Part shown: in pieces, positions 11,700 through 22,000 of the stretch
How positions within the stretch are numbered: the stretch's first letter is position 1
Layout: each line of letters opens with the position of its first letter
Assembly (NCBI GenBank): GCA_016192455.1
Contig: JACPUC010000006.1
Coordinates: 248,001-312,000, forward strand
Direction of reading: 5' to 3'
Source: Candidatus Tectimicrobiota bacterium
GTDB lineage: Bacteria > JACPUC01
DNA length: 64,000 bases
Notes under the pieces: model-generated
Told to the model about the DNA's origin: nothing
The model's input: the letters and a program-made list of their open reading frames with translations, nothing else
Databases searched by the model: none
Made by a program: the position numbers and the translations under genes

Positions 11700-11937
11700 T
11701 ACCTGCACAATCTTCCCCGTGGCCGATTGGGGCAGGCTCGCCACGAGCTCCGCCACGGGGGGCACTCTTGGAGGCGGCCAGGCGCTTCCGGCAGTACTGG
11801 ATGATCTGCCGGTTGGTGACCTGCTCTTCCTCCCTGCAGCGAAGGTAGGACTTCACGGCCTCGCCTTGCAGCGCGCCCTGCCCGGGGAAGCGCAAGGCGG
11901 CGTTCTCGGGAGCGCGGGCGACGTTTATACCGCTCAT
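11700..11937 (-). pseudogene. Acyl-CoA synthetase (AMP-binding) remnant with internal deletion and frameshift
   Basis: RBS+MSGINVARAPENAALRFP joined to C-terminal GEAVKSY..IIQYCRKRLA, continuing in another frame as ELVASLPQSATGKI (A10 Lys motif). Confidence 0.7.
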
Positions 11938-12342
11938 CCCTCCCGCACCCACTCCCCGCAAGGTAGAACGGGAACCAGGTTTAGGCAAGGTACGAAGCTG
12001 CCATCGGTTCGCCTCGGCGGCCGCCGGACGAACATCGGGAGGGCCGGTTCCCAGGCTGGGGCAGGGACGTTCTCCCGCCCTAGCTCCCCTTGACGCTGGC
12101 ACCCCCATCACCAACAATCAGCGTTGCCTCTGCGGCAGGCCGTCTTCCCGGCGAGGGCGGGATTCGCAGCCGCGCCGGGCGCTCCGCAGGCAGGCGGTCC
12201 ACACGACCGCGCCACCGATGAGTGGCGCGGATGGGAGCGACGCCGCGGCTCCCGGCAGCGGGCCGCGGAACGGCGCCGCGCCTGCCCCGACGCCTCGCCG
12301 AGAACTTTCGCGCCACGTTCCATCGTTTGGGAAGGAGTGCCC

Positions 12343-13230
12343 GTGTCTGAGCCGCAGCCCTTGACGCCCCCCGCCGTCGGCCTGGCGATCTTCCTCTACA
12401 CACTGTGGGGGAGCATGTACATCGCCACGAAGTTCGGCTACCGGGATGCCTCGCCGCTGCTCTTCTCGGGCCTGCGCATGATCCCGGCGTCGCTCACCCT
12501 CCTCCTGCTGGCCTGGTGGAACCACCTCTCCCTGGGCCTGACGCGGCGTCAGTGGCGCATCGTCATTGCCTTCAGCGCCCTGTTCTTCGTCGACACCTGC
12601 TTCCTCTACCTCGGCCTGAACTACACCTCGGTGGGCCATGCCACCATCCTCATCAACAGCAGCGTCATCTTCGTCATGCTCCTGTCGCGGCCGGTGCTGG
12701 GCGCGCGCGTCCGCCTGCTCCAGTGGATTGGCGTGGCGGGGGCCTTTTTCGGCATTGCCCTGGTGATGCGCGATCGGGGCGCGCAGGGGAGCTCCGTCTC
12801 GCTCCTGGGCGATCTCCTCATCATCACGGCGGGCTTGTTCTGGGCGCTCTACAACGTCGCCTACAAGCGCATCGGCCGAGAGGTGCAGAGCACGGTGCTG
12901 ATTTTCTACATGGACTTGCTGACCATGGTGCCGTTCATGCTCGCGGCGCCGCTGGTGGAGCGGGTGCGTTTCACGGCCACGGCGTCGCTGGCCGTGTCGG
13001 TGGTCTACGTGGCGGTGTTCACCCATGTCGTCGGCTTCCTTCTCCACAACTGGCTGCTGCGCCACTACGACGCGAGCCGGGTTTCGGCCTTCATGTTCAT
13101 CATGCCGCTGGCTGGGGTGGTGCTGGGGGCCGCGGTGTTCGGGGAGCAGATCGGCCTCTGGGTGCTGAGCGGGCTGGCCTTCGTCTGCTCCGGGATTTAC
13201 CTCGCCAATCGCGCCCCCCGCAGGCGGTGA
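12343..13230 (+). CDS. EamA/DMT family permease
   Basis: About 10 hydrophobic helices, two EamA-like halves (LWG..., PVLGAR; FGEQI); GTG start after GAAGGAG. Confidence 0.9.
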   Translation: MSEPQPLTPPAVGLAIFLYTLWGSMYIATKFGYRDASPLLFSGLRMIPASLTLLLLAWWNHLSLGLTRRQWRIVIAFSALFFVDTCFLYLGLNYTSVGHATILINSSVIFVMLLSRPVLGARVRLLQWIGVAGAFFGIALVMRDRGAQGSSVSLLGDLLIITAGLFWALYNVAYKRIGREVQSTVLIFYMDLLTMVPFMLAAPLVERVRFTATASLAVSVVYVAVFTHVVGFLLHNWLLRHYDASRVSAFMFIMPLAGVVLGAAVFGEQIGLWVLSGLAFVCSGIYLANRAPRRR

Positions 13231-13370
13231 GGCTGCCGTCGCCTGGCGCGCGGCCGGCGGATTCGCTGCGGCCCCGGGGCAGTGTGGTGGCGAGCGGGCG
13301 AGGCGCTTGGGGTGGAGCTGGAGGGGGAGCCGTGGCGGTCCGCGGCGGGCAGGCTCCGCGTCGCGAAGGG

Positions 13371-14771
13371 ATGATCGTGGGGGAAGGACTTGTCGTTCTG
13401 GCGGAGAGGATCTTCCGTGCCGGCCTGCGGGCCGTTGACGGCGAGGCGGTGGTGCGGCGCGCCCTGGCGCTGTGCTCGGGGGAGGGCCGGCCTGCTTTGC
13501 TGCGGGTTGCCGGGGAGGAGCGCGCCATGCCTGAAAACGGGCGGCTGGCACTCCTGAGTATCGGGAAAGCGGCGGCGCCGATGGCGGCGGCGGCCGAGGC
13601 CGCGCTCGGCGCCGTGCTGGGGGAGGGGATCGTGATCACCAAGGAGGGTCACGCTCTGCCCCTGCGCCGCTGCCAGGTGTTCGAGGCCGGGCACCCCCTT
13701 CCCGACGCCGCCGGGGTGGCGGCGACACAAGCGGCGCTCGCCATGGTGGATCGGCTGGGCCGGGATGACCTCCTCCTGGTGTTGGTCTCCGGCGGCGCTT
13801 CGGCACTCTTCGTGGCTCCACCGCCCGGCCTGGCGCTCGCTGAGCTGCAGACCATGACCTCCGCCCTCCTCGCGTGCGGGGCCAGCATCCATGAGCTGAA
13901 CACCGTCCGCAAGCACTGCTCGGCCTGCGCTGGGGGCTGGCTGGCTGCCCGCGCCGCGCTGGCGCGCATCGAGGCACTCATCCTCTCCGACGTGATCGGA
14001 GATGATCTTGCAACTATCGCCTCGGGTCCGGTCACGCCTGATCCGAGCACCTTCGCCGAGGCGCTGGAGATTGTGCACCGCTACCGGCTGCGCCGCAGCG
14101 TTCCCGCCGCCGTCGTGCGCCACCTCGAGGAGGGTGCGGGCGGCAGGCGGCCGGAGACGCCGAAGCCCGGCGCCGCCTGCTTCGAGCGCGTGCGCAGCAC
14201 CATCGTCGCCAACAACGAGACGGCGCGGCGCGCCGCGGCGGCCTGTGCCGCGTCCCTGGGGTTCTCAACCTGCGAGGTTGCGGATCCCCTCCAGGGAGAA
14301 GCGCGGCTGGCGGCGCTGAACCTCGTTGAGCTGGCGCGCCGGGTGCGCCGGGGGGAGGGGCCGGTGCGCGAGCCAGCTTGTCTTCTCGCAGGCGGCGAGA
14401 CCACCGTGGTGGTGCGCGGGAAGGGGCGGGGGGGACGCAACCAGGAGTGCGCCTTGGCGGCGGTGCAGGGGCTGGCCGGGATGGAGGGCGTCGCGCTGCT
14501 CTGCGCCGGCTCGGATGGGAGCGACGGGCCGACGCCGGCCGCCGGCGCCGTTGTTACGGGCGAAACCCGCAGCCAGGCCGAGGAGCGGCACGCCGATCCC
14601 CGGCAGTTCCTGGCCCGCAATGACGCCTATGGTTTCTTTGCGCGCGTCGGCGGCCACCTCATCACCGGGCCGACGCGCACGAACGTCATGGACCTGGCGA
14701 TCCTCCTCCTGGATCGCCGCGCCGGAGCCGCGGGCGAGGCTGACCCCCCTCCCGCCCGCGTCCCGGCCTGA
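13371..14771 (+). CDS. Glycerate 2-kinase / hydroxypyruvate reductase (TtuD, MOFRL domain)
   Basis: IGKAAAPMA, EAGHPLPD, SGGASAL, SDVIGD, IASGP, GGETTV, GGRNQE, GPTRTNVMD. Confidence 0.92.
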   Translation: MIVGEGLVVLAERIFRAGLRAVDGEAVVRRALALCSGEGRPALLRVAGEERAMPENGRLALLSIGKAAAPMAAAAEAALGAVLGEGIVITKEGHALPLRRCQVFEAGHPLPDAAGVAATQAALAMVDRLGRDDLLLVLVSGGASALFVAPPPGLALAELQTMTSALLACGASIHELNTVRKHCSACAGGWLAARAALARIEALILSDVIGDDLATIASGPVTPDPSTFAEALEIVHRYRLRRSVPAAVVRHLEEGAGGRRPETPKPGAACFERVRSTIVANNETARRAAAACAASLGFSTCEVADPLQGEARLAALNLVELARRVRRGEGPVREPACLLAGGETTVVVRGKGRGGRNQECALAAVQGLAGMEGVALLCAGSDGSDGPTPAAGAVVTGETRSQAEERHADPRQFLARNDAYGFFARVGGHLITGPTRTNVMDLAILLLDRRAGAAGEADPPPARVPA

Positions 14772-14914
14772 GATCGGGGCGTCCGACTGCCCTGCCAGCG
14801 GTTATGTCGTGGCGTAGCGCGGAGCCCCCGGGTTGCGTGGGGGCTCCGTCACGCTTGGTTGCAAGCCTGGCCTTCTCCGGGGCCGTATGCGTGGCCCCGG
14901 GGTAGGGAGACCGC

Positions 14915-16075
14915 TCAGGCGCGCTTCTCCATGGGAACGTACGCCACCTCCAGCGGACCCTTGTAAAGGGCGCGGGGACGGAAAATGCGGTTGTCCGGCA
15001 GGTACTCGAGGACGCGCGCCACCCAACCGGCCACGCGGCTCACGGCGAAGATCGNCGTGAAGAGCGCCGGTTCATACCCCAGGCTGTAGTAAATGGTGCC
15101 GGAGTAGAAGTCGACGTTCGGGAAGATGCCGCGCTCGCCGTAGGCGTCGATGATCTTCTTCTCCATGCGGGTGGCGATTTCGTAGAGTTGCTTCGTGTTG
15201 TGCAGGGCCGTGACCTCTTTCGAGTACCGCCCCAGGATGCGGGCCCGCGGATCATATGCCTTGTAGACGCGGTGGCCGAAGCCCATGAGCTTTTGCTTGC
15301 TGGCGATGGCGTTCTCGACCCACGTCTCCGTCTTGTCGGGATCCTTGATGCCAAGGAGAATCTCGATCACCTTCTCATTGGCGCCCCCGTGCAAGGGCCC
15401 CTTCAGGCTGCCGATGCCCGCCGTGACGGCGCTGTACATGTCACTGAGCGAGGAGGAGACCACCATGGAGGTGAAGGTGGAGGCGTTCATGCCGTGGTCG
15501 GCGTGGAGGATCATGGAGATATCCATGACGCGGGTGGTGAAGTCATCCGCTTTCGCGCCGGTGGCCATGTAGAGGAAGTTGGCGGTATGGTCCAGCTTCG
15601 GGTCGGGAGCCACCGGTTCCTTGGACTTCCGCAGCCGCGCCACGGCGCCGCAAATCGTGGCCACCTGCGCAACAAGCTTGATGCCGATCTCTCTGGCGTT
15701 GTCCACACTCGTGTCTTCGGCCTTCTTTTCGAAGCAGCCGAGGGCCGAGACACCGGTGCGCAGCGCCGACATGGGGTGCGTATCCTTGGGGATGTTCCTG
15801 AGGACGTCGATGACACCTTTGGGAACGTTGCGATAGCCGAGGAGCTTGTTCTTGAAGCTTGCAAGTTCCGCCTGTGTGGGCAGCTTGCCGAAGATCAGGA
15901 GGTACGCTGTCTCTTCGTAGGTGGAGTGCTCGGCGAGGTCTTCAATCTTATACCCACGATAGTTCAGCATGCCTTTCTGGCCATCGACATAGCCGATGGT
16001 CGATTCACAGGCGATGATCCCATCCAACCCCTTGACGTACTCAGCTTGCCCGTAGAATTTTTGTTCGGCTGCCAA
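14915..16075 (-). CDS. Citrate synthase / 2-methylcitrate synthase (short type); contains one ambiguous base at 15055
   Basis: HADHGMNAST, GPLHGGANE, MGFGHRVYK, PNVDFY motifs; TTG start behind AAGGAGG. Confidence 0.95.
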   Translation of the reverse strand: MAAEQKFYGQAEYVKGLDGIIACESTIGYVDGQKGMLNYRGYKIEDLAEHSTYEETAYLLIFGKLPTQAELASFKNKLLGYRNVPKGVIDVLRNIPKDTHPMSALRTGVSALGCFEKKAEDTSVDNAREIGIKLVAQVATICGAVARLRKSKEPVAPDPKLDHTANFLYMATGAKADDFTTRVMDISMILHADHGMNASTFTSMVVSSSLSDMYSAVTAGIGSLKGPLHGGANEKVIEILLGIKDPDKTETWVENAIASKQKLMGFGHRVYKAYDPRARILGRYSKEVTALHNTKQLYEIATRMEKKIIDAYGERGIFPNVDFYSGTIYYSLGYEPALFTXIFAVSRVAGWVARVLEYLPDNRIFRPRALYKGPLEVAYVPMEKRA

Positions 16076-16511
16076 TGACCATCCCTCCTTGCGAAACGAA
16101 GCGATTCCTGCCGCGCAGCACCCGCCCGCCTGGGATGCACCGATGCGCTTCCCCGTTGTGTCTCCGCCCTCCCCGGTGCTGCATCACGAGGGCGCGAGCG
16201 GCGCCCTCCCTCAGCTACGCGCCCGTGGTCTGCCCCCAACCCAGGCGCCCGAGCACCGCGGCGGATTACCGCGCGCGGGCTCCCTGTAGCGCTTCTCTTT
16301 CTTTTCGTTGTCACCCCGGCCGCCGGCCTGGAGCACGCCGCAGAGCGCCCTCCGCGACGCCGGCGGCTTGAGGGATGGAAGTCGGGGTGGAAACCTCGCC
16401 CGCTAGGGAACCTTTCCAGCCGGTCAGTGTCTAGCCAATCAACTCTTCACTCCCTTCCCTTCCCACGGCTCCCCGGCGCAACGGTTCCAGGCTGCGGCTA
16501 CGTCCGGCCCG

Positions 16512-16718
16512 CTAGGTCTGCGGCAGTGACGGACGCATCTTCTTCAGGGCTACAATGCTCAAGATGTGAGTGAGGATTGACACTCCCGCGCCGCTGAGGG
16601 CGGCATGCATGTGCGCGACGGGAGCGAGGCTCCCACTCATGGCCATGAATCCCAGCCCAACCGTGACGAGGAGCAGGATGATGGATGCCAGTGCCAGGAA
16701 GATGACGACATTGCGCAT
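16512..16718 (-). CDS. Small two-helix membrane protein (68 aa)
   Basis: Two hydrophobic segments, His residues (HMH, TH); GGAGAGAG upstream. Confidence 0.6.
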   Translation of the reverse strand: MRNVVIFLALASIILLLVTVGLGFMAMSGSLAPVAHMHAALSGAGVSILTHILSIVALKKMRPSLPQT

Positions 16719-17108
16719 AGGGCCTCGGCTCTCTCCATCTGCTGAACCGCCCGCCGGGGGGAGGCGGCGTGGCCTCGGGCTGTCGTGAACCTCGGCCCGG
16801 TTGCCGTCTCAAGTTCCAGAACTTGCCTGAAGATGGCGGGGCGGCGCGGTGGTGACGCCCAGCTAGGGGCCCCGTTGCTTCCCACGGAGCTTGAACGCTC
16901 TGCGCCACCTCCAGCAAGCCGCCCCCCAGCGACCGGGATCAGCCGGCGTGAACGTTGGTCTGTGCGTACATCGAGAGGGAGGTTCGGCGGTTCAGCGTCG
17001 CTGGAGCCTAAACATCCAGCCTCAACCTGAAGCCGCCGCAGCGCGATGTTTGTTCTAATATAGGGAGCACCTTCGCGCAATCGCAACCGCTCCGTAAAGG
17101 AGAAGCTC

Positions 17109-18164
17109 ATGCGCTCTGTTTTTCATGCTCTGGCACTTGCCGGCTGCCTGCTCGTCCTCGCGGGGGGAACCGCCGCGGCGGCGGAGCTGGCCGTATCGCC
17201 GAACCCCGTGCTCCTCAAGGCGGCTGGCTCGCAGCGCTTCTCGGTGACTGGGGGGACGGGGGCGTACCAATGGAGCGCCAGCGCCGGCTCCTTCGACACG
17301 ACGACGGCGAGCGAGGTGCTCTACACCGCGCCGCGCAGCACCGGCGAGGCGCGGCTGACGGTGCGCGATTCCATGGGGCAGGAACTGACGGTGGCGGTGC
17401 GGGTGCTCAAGCCGCTGCGGCTCACCCCCGCGCGCGCCACCATCCAACCCGGCGACAGTGTCACCGTGCAAGCGGTTGACGGCTCCGATCGACTCACCTG
17501 GGCGGTGAGCGCCGGTCGGCTTGCAGCCAGCGGGGAGCGGCGCCACCTCTTCACCCCCCCGGGTGAGCCGGGGGAGTATGAAGTGAGCGTCACCGATCAG
17601 GCCTTTGGGGAGCGCTCCCGGACGCTGGTGACGGTCATTGCGCCCCTGCGCCTGGAGCCGACCTCCGTCCTCCTGCGGCCCGGCGGCAAGCAGCGCTTTG
17701 TGGCCTCGGGAGGGGGTGGGTCGTACGTCTGGACGGTGACGGAGGGTTCACTCTCCGCCAACAGCGGCGCCGAGGTTGAGGTGAGCACCCCATCACGTTT
17801 CGGAGAGGTGACCGTGAAGGTGGCGGACGCATTGGAGCAGCAGGCGTCGGCGACCATCACCATCCTGCCGCCTCTGCGGCTGACCCCCGGCTCGGTGGTG
17901 GTGCAGCCCAATGCTCGGTTCAGCCTCACCGCAGTCGGCGGCAGCGGCCACCTGGGCTGGCGGGCGGGGTGGACGGCCGCCGCCGGGAACCTCATCGCCA
18001 CAACGGAGAGGACGGCCACCTTTCAAGCCCCGGCCGAGGCAGGCCTGTACCAGGTGACGGCGAAGGATGAACGGACCGGCGAGTCCCAGGCGGCGGCGGT
18101 GAAAGTCGTCGCCCCGCTGAGCCTGGTGCAACCTGAGGGTCGGCCTGCCACGAAATCGGACTGA
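17109..18164 (+). CDS. Secreted protein with four Ig-like (Big-type) repeats
   Basis: AAGGAG RBS, signal peptide, 4 x ~77-aa repeats (L.LTP...F...GG.G.Y.W...G.L.....TAP...G...VTV.D). Confidence 0.85.
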   Translation: MRSVFHALALAGCLLVLAGGTAAAAELAVSPNPVLLKAAGSQRFSVTGGTGAYQWSASAGSFDTTTASEVLYTAPRSTGEARLTVRDSMGQELTVAVRVLKPLRLTPARATIQPGDSVTVQAVDGSDRLTWAVSAGRLAASGERRHLFTPPGEPGEYEVSVTDQAFGERSRTLVTVIAPLRLEPTSVLLRPGGKQRFVASGGGGSYVWTVTEGSLSANSGAEVEVSTPSRFGEVTVKVADALEQQASATITILPPLRLTPGSVVVQPNARFSLTAVGGSGHLGWRAGWTAAAGNLIATTERTATFQAPAEAGLYQVTAKDERTGESQAAAVKVVAPLSLVQPEGRPATKSD

Positions 18165-18573
18165 GGCGCCGTGAAGGGCCGACGGCTTCGAGGCCCCTCG
18201 TCGAAGCGGGGCGACGGCGCCTCGACAGTGGCCAGGTAGGGGGGAATGCTGATGACCGCCCGCCCGCCTGTGGTTCCTCCTTCCGGGTGTTCCCAGAGCC
18301 GCAGTCGCCGCCGCAGGCCGCCCGCGGCGATCTTTTTTCCTGGAAAATAATCTGGCGCGGAGCCGTGCAAGGTTTTCCTCGACCCTGCGTCTATAGCAGG
18401 CGAGGGAATTGATAGGTTGGGTCGCTATAACCTGTTGTGGAAAGGGAAGGGATAGCCAGACTGCAATCTGTCATTTCCCTCTCACTTGCCGCTTCCTCTT
18501 GGGCTCGCCGCACCTTTTGGGGAGAGACCCCGCCGCTGCCGGAGACAGGGCGGCGATTTTTACCATTAAAGCC

Positions 18574-18602
18574 TTGACAATGACAAGAAATTCTGCTACA
18601 GG
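18574..18602 (+). promoter_or_regulatory. Putative sigma70 promoter of the giant surface-protein gene
   Basis: TTGACA-N17-TACAGG with extended -10 TG in an AT-richer patch. Confidence 0.45.
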
Positions 18603-19014
18603 TAAGGCACCTTTCCACAACATACGGAAGCCTACGGGATGGTGACCGCGTCCTTGGGGGGATGCTCACCTCGTTGGACATAGCGACCCTTCGACCGATG
18701 TTGCAAGTGGCCAGCAGTTCGGCGTGCCAGGTTGAAGTCACACTTATCCCTTCCCGATACCAGGGTTATTGCAGGTAGCGAGGCGTGCGAGTTCGTTCTC
18801 TCTCAACCTCGCTTTCATGCAAGTGGTTGAGTGACTTCGGCTTCAGCAACTCAGAGGAGGATGTTCGGTTCGCGGTTGCAGCAGCGAATGAAGTTGCACG
18901 TCATTCGATCGACGGAGCCAAATGGGGATACCCGAGGGAGGTGCGGCGAGAGGGCATGCCGCTGGCTTCCTGGGCAACCTTGTGGATGCCTATGGACAGA
19001 AGGGGAGATTGTGA

Positions 19015-22000
19015 ATGGGGACTCATCACGTGAGTGACTGCTTTGCGCGAGGCGGCCCGCTTCCGGCAGCGCTTCGAATGAAAGAGCGAACGCTGCAAGC
19101 CGGCTACCTCCTTGTGGCACTCCTGCTTGCCCTGCTCGTCATCCCTGCCTTGCCAACCGTTGCGCAAGGTCAGGCCTGCACCACCAACACCATCAACCTC
19201 GATTCCACCGTCAACGGCACCTTGAGCACGACCGATTGCCGGTCGCCGCGGCGCGCCAGCGGCTTTGCCGAGCTCTGGACCTTCAACGGCACCGCCGGCG
19301 CCAGCATCAGCATCGCCATGAGTAGCGCCTTCGACCCTTACATCTACCTGCTGGACAGCAACGGCCAGATCGTGGCCCAGGATGATGACAGTGGTCCGGG
19401 GTTGGACTCGTTGATCCGCGTGCAGTTGCCGCGCAGCGGCCAGTACACCATCGAGGCGACGGAGTTCTGCTGCCTGCGCACCGGCACCTACACCCTGACC
19501 CTCGGGCAGGAGGTGCCGCTCCCTCCGATCAACCTGGGAAACGGCCCCTTCTGGGAGAACAACCTCGGCAGCAACCTCGGCATGCCGCGCTATTCGACGC
19601 GTGAGGAAGCCATCGGCTTTAATTTTCAGTACGCCGGCCAGACCTTCACCCGCGTCCACATCAACTCCAACGGCTACCTGAGCTTCTCCAACGGCGAGCC
19701 TGCCGTGGCGCCGAGCGTGCCCATTTTCTTGGGCCAGGTTGGGCCGCGCAATCCGCGCATCGCCCCTGCCTGGGGCTGGTGGGAAGTGCAGTGCTGCAGC
19801 CTTGGTGGCCAGTTTGGCCCGGCAGGCGTGTGGCTGCGGCGTGATCCGGGGACGTCGGGACAGAACGACGCGCGCTTGATCGTCACCTGGAATAACGTCG
19901 CGGAGCGCTGGGATGGCGGCCGCAACCGCTTCCAGGTGCAACTGGAGCAGGACGGCACGATCAGCTTCCATTACGGCGACGTGCGCAACCTGCAGGGACC
20001 GCTGATCACCGGCATCTCCCCCGCTGATGGCGGCGGCACGGCGGTTGACTTCTCGACCGTTCCGCAAATGCCGATTCCGCCGACCGGCGGCGGCATCTAC
20101 GAGAACTTCCCGCCGCGCCGCATCGACCTCAGCGGCCGATCCATCTACTTCAACCGGCGGCTCATGGGGAATACCGTCACCTACAGTGTGACCCCGGAGA
20201 AGGCTCCGCCGCCGGAAGAGGATCCGGCCTTCCCGCTCGGCGTAACGCCTGCCAACGCGGTGGTCTCGGATGATTCTCCCTCCACCTCCTTCGTGGCGGT
20301 TGGCGGCGTGGAGCCGTATGCCTGGCGCACCCAAAACGGCAGGCTGAGCGCCACCGAGGGGGAGACGGTCACCTATACGAAAGCGACCGGAGCGACGGGC
20401 CAGGATGTGGTGTTCGTCACCGACTCGCGCGGCACCATCGTGCAGGCGAGCGTCAACGTCGTCAGCCAGCGGCTCTCCATCACGCCTCTGGCGGCCCAGA
20501 CCGATCTCGGCGCCACTGTTAACTTCCAGGTCCAAGGCGGGCTGCCGCCCTATAACATCGTCGCCAGTAGTGGGCAGTTGAGCAGCAACAACACCGCCAA
20601 CTTTGTCTATACGGCGCCACAGATACAGGGTGAGCACACCATCACGGTCACCGACACCCTCGGCGCCGCCGTCACCGCTACCGTGGTGACGGATATCGAC
20701 CTCAATATCACTCCGCGCGCGGATATCGTCAGCCTGGCGGCCGAAGGCGGCCCGCGCACCACGCAGCTCACGGCGGTGAACGGCAGGGCGCCGTACCGCT
20801 GGGTCACCAGCCATGGCCAGTTGAGCAGCACCGAGGGAGCGTCGATCTCCCTGACGCCGCCTGATTTCACCATCGATGTGCTGGTCACCGTAACCGACTC
20901 CACGGGGTCGATGATCAGCAGCCGGATCGAGGTGGTGGCGGGTGTCCGCGTGACACCGGAGGGTGTCGTCCTCAACCGCGGCGGCATGGTCACCTTGTCG
21001 GCTTCCGGCGGTCTGCCCGCCACCGACTCGACGCGGACCTACACCTGGTCAACCTCGCAGGGCAGGCTCGACAGCACGCAGGGCTCCGGCGTGATCTACA
21101 CCGCGCCGAATGAGGTCGGCGAGTTCACGGTGAACGTGCGGGATGATCAGCAGAGTGAAGCCACCGTCAGCATCCGCACGGTAAACCCGAACCTGGCCCT
21201 CACGCCAAGCTTCGTGAACCTGGCGCGCAGCGGCCAGCAGCTCTTCACCGTGAGCGGCGGCGATGGTCCCTTCACCTTCACCGCAACCTCGGGAACCCTG
21301 TCGCAGACGGTTGCCGGCGCTGCCACCTCGCTCAGCAAGCGGCAGCGCAGCTCCAGCCCGCAGACGGTGTACAGCGCGCCTGACTTCACCGGCGAGTTCG
21401 TCGTGCGGGTGGAGGACAACGCCGGCCGGACGGCCTTCGCCAGGATTACCGTGGCTGGCCCGATCATGATCACGCCGGGTCACTCCAACCTGGAGCCCGA
21501 AGGCACGCAGCAGTTCGTTACCACGGGTGGTACGGCGCCCATTACCTGGACGGCCTCGCAAGGGAACGTCAGCCAGGATGGCCTGTACACGGCGCCGAAC
21601 ATCGTCGGCGAGTACATGGTGACGGCAACGGATGCCTCTGGCGACTCGGCAAGCGCCACCTTGAGCGTCACCGACACCGCCATCCGCCTGACGCCGATCT
21701 TCCAGCGCGTCCAGCCGCGTGCAACGATCAACTTCACCGTCAACGGCGGCACCAGCCGTTACTCCTGGCAGGCGGCGCGCGGCACCCTGAGCGCCACGGA
21801 AGGGGCGAATGTCACCTATACCGCGCCTGGCGACACCGGTGTCGACATCGTGCTCGTTGTGGACACGCAGGGGAACTCGAACCGGGCGCAAGTCTTCGTG
21901 CTTGGAGCGCTGAGCATCACTCCCGAGACCGCCACGGTGGCTACTGGCGGCAGTGCGACGTTCAGGCTCAATGGCGGGGTACCGCCGTTGAACTTCGTCG

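Noticed and set aside
12405-13370. N-terminal 322 aa of the 788-aa ORF as a fusion to glycerate kinase
   Set aside because: It overlaps the EamA gene in another frame; the kinase homology starts near ATG 13371.
15055-15055. Ambiguous base 'n' in citrate synthase as a recoding or frameshift site
   Set aside because: The frame is preserved; this is a sequencing ambiguity, most likely Pro in FTPIFA.
18861-19037. Cys-rich leader peptide ORF upstream of the giant gene
   Set aside because: GAGGAGG abuts the ATG with no spacing, and there is no other coding evidence.
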